Shown here one piece after another: positions 21,401 to 28,543 of a stretch of 64,000 nucleotides of DNA (position 1 is its first letter; each line of letters begins with the position of its first letter). The DNA comes from a virus. Below the pieces are notes generated by a model. The model was not told the DNA's origin and made no database searches. It saw only the letters and a list, made by a program, of their open reading frames with translations. The position numbers were made by a program, and so were the translations under genes. The DNA lies in the IMG/VR virus record IMGVR_UViG_3300008952_003529, one strand, 5' to 3'.

Positions 21401-21565
21401 CAGCAAGGTCTAGACCGATTCAAGGTACAGATCGACACTACCACAACGACGCAAGCCGATGTGGAAAATAACATTGTCAGAGGTAAGATTTTCCTCCAGC
21501 CGACAAGGTCCGTAGAGTTTATATCTCTTGATTTTGTCGTAACCAACGCTGGAACCGAAATTTAA
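18491..21565 (+). CDS. Contractile tail sheath protein 2 (gp18-like paralog)
   Basis: N-terminal FKSPGVSTREID; C-terminal PWFAPAGFTRG, DINPI, VVFGQKT, ALDRVNVRRLL and QPTRSVEFISLDF. Confidence 0.96.
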   Translation: MAELTFKSPGVSTREIDLSGPTKAAPTGIPAGVIGTANQGRAFVPITMATFADFVAEFGNTDGEKFGPMAMRQWLNYARAGTYLRILGVGDGKKRNSNGTVTNAGFVVGAEQWRATGIVGDNAYAGSTTTNGGVLGRTWFLGCIMEESGSSTAFSSAGLQSVQPILRGVVMAPSGVVPALSASRSAISNNTPLGAPGANDYAAAGTFGAGATQDAGSTVGSVNLAGGRQEFVLLLNGHSHTDEYPTIITASFDPKAPNYLYNVLNTDSTKIQNAGHYLYAHWGIDPAIAYVTGSSLVDDDYAAITEGGTVKTEDVAFLLTSSISRNNNGDASVPNFEGFVDRFRTAYSPYIISQAYGGVNYNLFRIHALDDGAIGNTRVKISVENITKSTNTNNPYSAFDLLVRDFNDTDSEPIVIEKFSKLSLDPGSERYIARQVGNYHLYYDFDKRVGSQKLVLDGAYPNKSNYIRVETNKLLDNAQLPADVLPVGFRGPAHLITSGSSIFSVADSAVTDVMAGEVASQLVQLPIPYRLMVSKNKTPKKSLAPELYWGVQFSIQDSVDEPNRNIQTNNSIASYSTYFNTYSQNGQAAVVGNNQGVADASGTILDCDKFNNNKFSLENIQVVVTTDTTPRADSSQWAAAQYMRSGIASASIPDIDGTARTSGDSGGSRLLSVATDFGLTSTRRFLKFTTIVQNGFDGSNIFNKEKLAFSNIAVTKEMADVTAQGGVTGQVTAAYRKAMDVLKERSDVDIQLLAIPGQRNSAVTDYCMQAVEERFDAMYIMDLEGKDTYNEVISGSSQLASVTNTANSFAGRNLDNSFAAAYFPDVIMTDVGTSTNVQVPPSVAVLGAFALNDSVAYPWFAPAGFTRGALKNVLETQVKLSRSNLDALYDVDINPITAFPQTKGEVVVFGQKTLLAAQSALDRVNVRRLLIDVRRQVRAIGDTFLFEPNRESTLARFSAAVNPVLARIQAQQGLDRFKVQIDTTTTTQADVENNIVRGKIFLQPTRSVEFISLDFVVTNAGTEI

Positions 21566-21606
21566 TCTTGCTGATGTATATTTAAGCACGTATAGGAGAA
21601 AACAAA

Positions 21607-22095
21607 ATGGCAGAGACTCTTTCAGTTACCGACATGTTGCCGAACAAATTTGAGCCCAAAAGAAAATTTAGGTGGGTGTTCGCGATTGAAGGTATTGATG
21701 CATTCCTTATTAAGACGGCGGCTCGTCCGACAATGAACACCGGTGAGATTGAGATTAATTTCATGAACTCTTCTCGGTGGATTGCTGGTAAGACGAAGTT
21801 CGATGCGATCTCAGTTACCCTTCACGATCCAATTGCTCCCTCAGGTGCGCAGCAGGTTATGGAATGGGTACGCACACACTACGAGTCGGTTTCAGGCCGG
21901 GGCGGTTACGCGGATTTTTATAAGCGTGATTGTCAGCTCAAGATGCTGGACCCAGTAGGGACAGTAGTCGAGCTTTGGGACATCAAAGGATGTTTCCTCA
22001 CCTCAGCCGGATTTGGTGACTTGGATTATGGTGCGGAAGATCCGGAAGAAATTTCGTTGACCCTACGTTTCGATAACGCAGTCCTTCAATACTAA
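21607..22095 (+). CDS. Tail tube protein (gp19-like)
   Basis: 162 aa directly after the sheaths; EPKRKFRWVFAI, ISVTLHDPI, ELWDIKGCF and EISLTLRFD fit the tube fold pattern. Confidence 0.92.
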   Translation: MAETLSVTDMLPNKFEPKRKFRWVFAIEGIDAFLIKTAARPTMNTGEIEINFMNSSRWIAGKTKFDAISVTLHDPIAPSGAQQVMEWVRTHYESVSGRGGYADFYKRDCQLKMLDPVGTVVELWDIKGCFLTSAGFGDLDYGAEDPEEISLTLRFDNAVLQY

Positions 22096-22155
22096 TTTAA
22101 ACCCTTTCCACAGTCTAGATTTGTCGGTGACAGATTGTTGGATAATTTAAGATGG

Positions 22156-22184
22156 AAACGCCCCACTAAGTTGGGGCGTTTTTT
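22156..22184 (+). terminator. Rho-independent terminator after the tail tube gene
   Basis: AAACGCCCCA-CTAAGT-TGGGGCGTTT followed by a T run. Confidence 0.9.
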
Positions 22185-22185
22185 A

Positions 22186-22213
22186 TTTACACATTTTTTG
22201 ATAGCTATATGAT
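22186..22213 (+). promoter_or_regulatory. Possible sigma70-type promoter upstream of the tail chaperone gene
   Basis: TTTACA (22186-22191), 16-nt spacer, TATGAT (22208-22213). Confidence 0.4.
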
Positions 22214-22253
22214 TTACTGAGTATTAGTACTGTACTACAGATGAGGTTTATTA

Positions 22254-23102
22254 ATGTCAAAGAAAAAAGAGAGTTCGGATAGAAGCGAATTATTCGGCGG
22301 TATGAAAGAGAATATGCCTACCCGTAACGTCATGAAGGACGATTTTGGGTTTGAGATTCCTGTTGAAAATGTTCCACTTCCGTCCATGGGAAAAGTTTAT
22401 CCCGAAGATTCTGCATGTCACAATAAAGAGACTTTAGAAATTAGAGCCATGACCGCTCGTGAGGAAGACATTCTTACTTCAAAGGCGCTTATTAAGAAAG
22501 GCACAGTTATCTCACACCTCTTAAAGTCGTGTATGATTGATAAATCGATTGATCCCGAGTCGATGTTGGCCGGTGATAGAAATGCTATCATGGTTGCATT
22601 ACGAGTTACAGGTTACGGTGCAGACTATAAGGTAGAAGTAGATTGTCCAGCCTGCAGCCAGCGCTCGAAACAAAACTTTAACTTAGGAGAGCTAGAGATT
22701 AATCGACTTGGAATTGAGCCTGTTTCTCACGGCGTAAATCTTTTTGAGTTCGAAATGCCTGTCACAAAGGCAAAGGTTAGGTTTAAGTTCCTAACCGGTA
22801 AAGATGAGCAAGAGATTATGGTTACGACAGAGCGGCGAAAGAAGCAAGGTTCGCAATCAGAGAATCTAATTACATCACGTCTACGCTACTCAATTGTGTC
22901 AGTCAACGGAGTGACGGACAAATCTAAGCTTGACTTGTTTATTCGTAATCTTCCTGCACGTGATTCTTTGGCATTTAGGAATCATCTAGACAAGAACGAA
23001 CCAGGTATTCAGATGAAGGCCTGGATGGATTGTAATTCATGTTTAGAGCACTCGGAGGTTAGACTGCCCCTGGGGGCGGCGTTTTTTTGGCCTGACGAGT
23101 AG
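22254..23102 (+). CDS. Baseplate hub assembly protein / tail assembly chaperone (T4 gp26-like)
   Basis: VPLPSMGKVYP, EIRAMTAREEDIL, GDRNAIMVALRVTGYG, CPAC and DCNSC zinc-type pairs; ends FFWPDE; lies between the tube and tape measure genes. Confidence 0.8.
   Translation: MSKKKESSDRSELFGGMKENMPTRNVMKDDFGFEIPVENVPLPSMGKVYPEDSACHNKETLEIRAMTAREEDILTSKALIKKGTVISHLLKSCMIDKSIDPESMLAGDRNAIMVALRVTGYGADYKVEVDCPACSQRSKQNFNLGELEINRLGIEPVSHGVNLFEFEMPVTKAKVRFKFLTGKDEQEIMVTTERRKKQGSQSENLITSRLRYSIVSVNGVTDKSKLDLFIRNLPARDSLAFRNHLDKNEPGIQMKAWMDCNSCLEHSEVRLPLGAAFFWPDE
23082..23090 (+). other. Putative programmed +1 ribosomal frameshift site (TTT TTT TGG)
   Basis: A 7-T run (23082-23088). The 0 frame reads FFWPDE*; the +1 frame reads FFGLTSSHKETFLEHIFALM and continues into the next ORF. 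Confidence 0.6.
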
Positions 23103-23340
23103 TCATAAGGAAACGTTCTTAGAGCATATTTTCGCTCTGATGTATTATATGGGCTTCTCGTACATAGAAGTCTATAACATTCCAATATGGCAACGTATAT
23201 GGTTTATTCAACGCTTGAACAAAGAGCTGAAGAAATCTCAAGGTGATTCCAGGGCTGCCCATGCAAATTCCGCTGATGCCCGAGCATTAGCAGGTAAACA
23301 CAGGGCACAAGTACCGTCAAAATTACGTAGATTCACATAA
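23083..23340 (+). CDS. Small tail chaperone segment (gp51/gpT-like), probably expressed as a frameshift extension of the upstream gene
   Basis: The frame is open from 23047 to TAA 23338-23340; the first ATG (23140) has no nearby Shine-Dalgarno; MGFSYIEVYNIPIWQRIWFIQRL resembles the short domains that precede tape-measure genes. Confidence 0.65.
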   Translation, partial: FFGLTSSHKETFLEHIFALMYYMGFSYIEVYNIPIWQRIWFIQRLNKELKKSQGDSRAAHANSADARALAGKHRAQVPSKLRRFT

Positions 23341-23359
23341 TTAAAACGTGAGGTACCCC

Positions 23360-23611
23360 ATGAAAGATAATAAGAAAGAATTTTTACGGGATTGTGCGAG
23401 GTATATTCGTGGCGAAGTGAGTGAAATTTCCTTACGGGGTGATAAGGGTGACTGTGTTCTATTCGCGAATGCTCTAAAAGAATCTCGTAATTTATACGAA
23501 AAGTTAAATGAGGAAAATCCCTCGATCTCTAATGTGATGGGCGCTTTGAAAAGAAAGCACAAGGCGTCAAAGAAATTGAGGATGGGTGCTGGGTTTACGT
23601 GGCCCTTCTAG
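23360..23611 (+). CDS. Hypothetical protein
   Basis: GAGGT Shine-Dalgarno before ATG 23360; preceded by an ATAATTAA motif. Confidence 0.65.
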   Translation: MKDNKKEFLRDCARYIRGEVSEISLRGDKGDCVLFANALKESRNLYEKLNEENPSISNVMGALKRKHKASKKLRMGAGFTWPF

Positions 23612-23669
23612 CTTAAACGATGCGCAGATTTTTAACTGCCATATTTAATGAAGTAAGGGTGGTAAAAGC

Positions 23670-26600
23670 GTGGCAGCAGACTCGAAAGAACTACAATCGC
23701 AATTAGCTATCCAGCAGTCGATCAACAAGGTTTTACAAGATCGACAGAAGGTGCTGGAAAAGCAGCAAAAGTATTTATCTAGCCAGGTAGATACCGCGGT
23801 ACAGCTGTGCAAGGCTCTAGAGTGTAAGGGCCTGGATGATGTCCAACAAAAAATGAAGGAAGTCCGAGATGGCTTAGCTGGTGCTGCCTCCGAGGCCGAT
23901 AAAGCCAGCGGCAAAATTGGTGAAATGACCACCAGTCTTCAAGACACAGAACAAGCGAATAAAAAAGTAATCAAGTCGTTCGCCGAGCTGATATCCCATA
24001 TTAAAGAATCACACGTTGCTTTAGCTGGCTTTGCCGCGGGTGCTGCTAAAGGGTTTAAGAGCGCCATCGCTGATATAAAGCAGATGGGTGCAACGATCGG
24101 TACGGTTATCGGTGGTATTAAAAACATCGGGCTGTCTATTGTTGCAATTCCATTCCAGATGTTTAGCGGACTAGTCGGCATGGCTAATGACCTGGCTGGA
24201 AGTGTATCTGCTTTAAGACAAGGAATCGAAGACGTTCGAGGAAGCTTTGGCGATCTAGCTAGTAACGAGGGCGCTGCTCTAATGAGCGGCTTAAGCAATC
24301 TTCAATCACAGTCTAGTAGCTTAGGTGGGACAGGTGTGAGTCTGGCGGCCGTCTACGGCGTTGGCCCTGATGGTGTAGCTGCAGCCCTAGCAGATCTCGC
24401 CGCTACAGCGGAGGCTCTCGGCCCTAAATTTGGAATGCTTTCTGATGAGTTCGCAAATTCAGCTGGCGAGATTCTTGCATTCAAGAAGGGGATGGGGCTA
24501 TCAGAAGAAGCCATGAGCGGTTTCGCAACGATGGCTATCTCTTCCGGCTCGAGTTTGACAGATACCCTTCAAGATGTAGGCAACTATTCTATTCAAATGG
24601 GCGATAAGTTTGGGGTCTCTTCCAAGCTCATATCGAAAGATATGGGTGAGATGGCAGCTGACTTCAAGAACTTCGGAACCATGTCGACCAAGGAAATGGC
24701 CGCGGCGTCTGTATACGCTAGAAAGCTCGGTATCGATGTTAAGGGTCTCCAAGGTGTTATCGGTAAGTTTGACGATTTCGAGGGAGCAGCTGACTCCGTA
24801 TCCCAATTAAACCAAGCGTTTGGTATCCAGCTTGACACCATGGAGATGATGAACGCAGAGAATCCCGCCGAACGAATCGACATGATGAAGAATGCCTTCC
24901 ATGAGGCAGGCAAATCTATCGAAGATATGACACGTCAAGAACGTGCACTGTTGGCAGAGCAAACCGGCCTTAGCGAAGAGGCTCTTGCCACTGCATTCTC
25001 ACAAGAGAATATGGGAACTTCTTACGAAGATATTGCTGCGGGCGCAGATGAAGCTGAAGAGAAGCAGTTATCACAAACAGAGGTGATGAACAAGCTTGCT
25101 GACACGATGGATCGAGTATTTAACTCAGGCCGAGATTTTAACGGCTTCTTCGATGCATTAACCCAAGGATTTACGAAAGGTTTAACACAATTCCCAGAAT
25201 TTAAGGAACTTTTAACTGCAATCCGCGAAGCACTACAGACGGTGTTTGAAGCTGGTAAAGAAATGGGTAAGCTTTTTGGTGAGCTTCTAGGCTCTGGTGG
25301 ATTTGATATTCTCGGTCCCCTTAAAGACATGTTCAACAGCGACGCCCTGAAGACATTATTCGGTGGAATAGGTGTCGATGAAACTGGCAAGAAAACAGGA
25401 ACAGGACTTATTGGCGCATTTAGTATGCTTATGAGTTTCCTGAAGGGTGATGAGGGAGTGAAGCTGTCAGACGTCTTTGATTCGGTTTCAGAATCTTTTT
25501 CAAATTTCTTCGGAGCAAACTCTGAGGCAGCAACTAAGTTGAAGGAAGGTATTTCAAGAATGATCACCGGGGTTGGTGAGATGATTGCTCAAATGATACC
25601 CTGGGTTGTAACAAAGGTTGTAGACTTTTTTAAGGGAATTGCTGAAGCCATCAGAAACCCACCAGACCTCGAAGGCGCAGCGTCTGAAGGGATAGGTGGT
25701 GCAATCATGGGAGCCATCTCTAGTATAGGTGGTGCCCTTATGGACGCCGTTCCAGAGTTGCTTGGTGCCTTCCTTGATATTATATCAGCTGTTTTTGAAA
25801 AACACGGTGGAAAGATCATCGCCGTTGGTGGCGCGTTGCTTGCATTTGTCCTTGGAAAGATGATTATCTTTGGAGCCATCAGCGCGGTTCAAGCAGCTGT
25901 AGGGGCAGTTGTTGTCAAAAAGTTAACAGACTTTATGCTCGGAGCAGTTGGGGATTCTGCTGATGCAGCTGAAGCATCGATGCCAGACGCTGGGCAGATG
26001 AAAGAAATGGCTCAGGGTGTTGGCGAAGGCCTCGGCGCGTTGATCGATTCCGTTGCGAAAATTGATGCAAAAAATATCGTAATGGCTGGCGTCAAGTTGG
26101 CCCTGATGGCGGCTTCGCTGCTTCCTGCAATTGCGATCTTTGCTGCTGGTATAGTCATGGCCGCCATGATTATGTCTGTAGCGCCCTGGGAAGGAATCGC
26201 GAAATTATTCGTGGTTATGCTGGTCGTCATTCCGCTTCTAATGCTAGTAATGCTCGCCGCGAAGTTCTTAGACCCTGGGACGTTATTATCATCAGCGGTT
26301 AACATGGCTTTAGCTGCTGTAGCACTTGGCCTTGGGATGATCCCATTCGCAGCGGCTCTAATGATCGTATATGCTTTAATTGGAAACATCCCGTTTTTGG
26401 AGATTGTGAAGATTTTTGCAGTGATGGGTCTTGCAATTCTTGCTGTGTTTATTATCTCTAAGATTGGTCTTTCTTTGGCTCCACCCATCACAGCGCCTGG
26501 CTTACTCTTTATGGCTTTAGCTGCAGGTCTGATGATTATCGGAATGGTGGCATTTGCATTGGCCTTAAAATTGGTGCATATGATTCTTAAGCCAATCCCG

Positions 26601-28361
26601 TTTATGGAAATTGTGCAGATGTTCGGAATGCTAGGTATGGCGATCCTTGCTACTGCCGCGCTAGCGCTGGTTGGTGCCGCGTTTGCGATGGCTGCTCCGC
26701 TCTTTATTCCTATGATGGGTGGGTTATTACTCGCTGCGCTAATGTTGACTGTTGGAGTTGCCGTCTTTGCAGGGGCTCTGGCGCTATTATTGGGCGCTCT
26801 CCCCAACATCGACCCGGCGGCAGTAGACACAATGTTTATTACAATTGGTAAAGCAATTCTTGCATTAGCTGTTTTGGTTGCTGTCGGTGCTGCCTTCGCA
26901 CTAATAACAGCATTTGCCCCCATGATAATCACGGGAATGTTAGCAGCAGCTGGATTCCTAACTGTTGGTGTATTGGCTTTCGCAGCCGCTTTAGCGATCG
27001 CATCGACAGTCGCTGGGGATGTCATGAAAGGAGCTGCAATCATGCCAATGATCGAGATGATGCTTAAGGTTTCATTGGCGATGGCTATTCTCGTTCCACT
27101 TGCTGCTCTTTTTGGAATGATGATTCCTATCCTGCCCTTCTTACTTTGGGGTCTTGGTGGATTGTCAGTGTTTATGGTTGGTGCCGCGGTAGCAGTCGGT
27201 GCAATGGTCGCTGCAGCTGCAACAATACCAATCGCTGACCCTGAAGATATGGCCGCAAGGATGGAAGTTATCGGTGGTGTGGCCACAGCGCTTCAGGCCC
27301 TTGGTGGTCTTGCTCTTGATGCTGGGAAATTGGGTGTTGCAGCCGAATCGCTTGGTAAAGGCGGTATGGACAAGGTCTTTAATTTAATGGGGAGCTTCCT
27401 TGATAAGATTAAGGACACTCTAGTTGGCACTGTAACCACGTTGGTGGGACTTGCTGTTGGATATAGCAAGAGTGATCTTGAGAAAGCAGCAGTCGTCGGA
27501 GACGTCGTCGCCGCCGTCGCTCAGTTCGCAGCCGCGATCGCCGAGCCGTTAGCACTCGTATCCTCAATGACAGGGTTCTTCAACCCCAGCGCCGCGTCAA
27601 ATATGAGCACTGTAATTGGTGGGCTTGGCGACATGATGGACATGCTAGCTGAAAAGCTACCAACAATAATCAATGCGCTCATTACAGCTGGCGCAGGAAT
27701 TCCATCGGGATTCAAGGAAAAAGCAGAATCAATGCAGATTATGTTCCAGGCGCTTGGTCCCATGATGGACGCGCTAGGGAAAATTCAGGTAATTGCTGAA
27801 GAATCTGTAAAGGGAATAGACGGACCATCAGTACAAACGTTATTCGACGGAATGGCCGGCGGTTTATCTGCCCTGGCCACGACGATGCCGCAGGTTATCT
27901 CAAGTTTGAGTGCCATCCCTGGAGCTGAAGAGGTTCAATCACAAGTTGATAAGTTAGATCAGTTGTTTAATGTGACAGTCGCTCTTTCTGACGTGCTTGG
28001 TAAATTTACGGAGCTCGGGGAAGCAAATTCTCCATCGATGACAGAGCGCGCCGGCGCGTTTCTTAAGAATCTGGTTGGTGGATCTGATGGACCAACCCCC
28101 GCTGCACAAGCAATTCTCTCGATGGTCGAGGAGATGAACTCTATCAACACCGCGCTAGACGGATTACCAGAGATTAATCTCAACGCAAACCTCCAGAAAG
28201 TTGCCGATGCATTCAGCGTTTCCGAATCCATCAACGTAGAGAACAAGCCCGTTAATATAACAATTAACCTTAGCGTTACAATGGACGCGAATAAGGTAGG
28301 TAGTGTTCTGGTTGATAAATCAGTTATGACAACACCGCTAGCCACAGCAGAGGGTCAATAA
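23670..28361 (+). CDS. Tail tape measure protein
   Basis: 1563 aa, Ala/Gly/Met-rich; N-terminal coiled coil; long hydrophobic repeat region; follows the tube and chaperone genes. Confidence 0.92.
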   Translation: MAADSKELQSQLAIQQSINKVLQDRQKVLEKQQKYLSSQVDTAVQLCKALECKGLDDVQQKMKEVRDGLAGAASEADKASGKIGEMTTSLQDTEQANKKVIKSFAELISHIKESHVALAGFAAGAAKGFKSAIADIKQMGATIGTVIGGIKNIGLSIVAIPFQMFSGLVGMANDLAGSVSALRQGIEDVRGSFGDLASNEGAALMSGLSNLQSQSSSLGGTGVSLAAVYGVGPDGVAAALADLAATAEALGPKFGMLSDEFANSAGEILAFKKGMGLSEEAMSGFATMAISSGSSLTDTLQDVGNYSIQMGDKFGVSSKLISKDMGEMAADFKNFGTMSTKEMAAASVYARKLGIDVKGLQGVIGKFDDFEGAADSVSQLNQAFGIQLDTMEMMNAENPAERIDMMKNAFHEAGKSIEDMTRQERALLAEQTGLSEEALATAFSQENMGTSYEDIAAGADEAEEKQLSQTEVMNKLADTMDRVFNSGRDFNGFFDALTQGFTKGLTQFPEFKELLTAIREALQTVFEAGKEMGKLFGELLGSGGFDILGPLKDMFNSDALKTLFGGIGVDETGKKTGTGLIGAFSMLMSFLKGDEGVKLSDVFDSVSESFSNFFGANSEAATKLKEGISRMITGVGEMIAQMIPWVVTKVVDFFKGIAEAIRNPPDLEGAASEGIGGAIMGAISSIGGALMDAVPELLGAFLDIISAVFEKHGGKIIAVGGALLAFVLGKMIIFGAISAVQAAVGAVVVKKLTDFMLGAVGDSADAAEASMPDAGQMKEMAQGVGEGLGALIDSVAKIDAKNIVMAGVKLALMAASLLPAIAIFAAGIVMAAMIMSVAPWEGIAKLFVVMLVVIPLLMLVMLAAKFLDPGTLLSSAVNMALAAVALGLGMIPFAAALMIVYALIGNIPFLEIVKIFAVMGLAILAVFIISKIGLSLAPPITAPGLLFMALAAGLMIIGMVAFALALKLVHMILKPIPFMEIVQMFGMLGMAILATAALALVGAAFAMAAPLFIPMMGGLLLAALMLTVGVAVFAGALALLLGALPNIDPAAVDTMFITIGKAILALAVLVAVGAAFALITAFAPMIITGMLAAAGFLTVGVLAFAAALAIASTVAGDVMKGAAIMPMIEMMLKVSLAMAILVPLAALFGMMIPILPFLLWGLGGLSVFMVGAAVAVGAMVAAAATIPIADPEDMAARMEVIGGVATALQALGGLALDAGKLGVAAESLGKGGMDKVFNLMGSFLDKIKDTLVGTVTTLVGLAVGYSKSDLEKAAVVGDVVAAVAQFAAAIAEPLALVSSMTGFFNPSAASNMSTVIGGLGDMMDMLAEKLPTIINALITAGAGIPSGFKEKAESMQIMFQALGPMMDALGKIQVIAEESVKGIDGPSVQTLFDGMAGGLSALATTMPQVISSLSAIPGAEEVQSQVDKLDQLFNVTVALSDVLGKFTELGEANSPSMTERAGAFLKNLVGGSDGPTPAAQAILSMVEEMNSINTALDGLPEINLNANLQKVADAFSVSESINVENKPVNITINLSVTMDANKVGSVLVDKSVMTTPLATAEGQ

Positions 28362-28543
28362 TGAGCAATGAAAAGATTGGTTTGACAGAGGAAGAAGCTA
28401 AATACTTAGAGGAGTGTGCAAAGGTATCGGAGGAAAAGTGGGAAGTTGTCAAGGGACTTTTGGAGTTTTTTGAAAAAACGCTCGCTGAAAATCCAGAAAG
28501 TGTTGGCGCCGCAATAGAGGAGTTGTTAAAGAGAAATGGCTGA
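28361..28543 (+). CDS. Small hypothetical protein
   Basis: 60 aa, overlapping both neighbours (TAATG junction upstream). Confidence 0.6.
   Translation: MSNEKIGLTEEEAKYLEECAKVSEEKWEVVKGLLEFFEKTLAENPESVGAAIEELLKRNG

Noticed and set aside
26012-27286. 424-aa minus-strand ORF, plus the other minus-strand ORFs in the track
   Set aside because: It is the antisense shadow of the Ala/Leu/Met-rich tape measure codons. All minus-strand ORFs overlap confidently assigned + genes and show no motifs.
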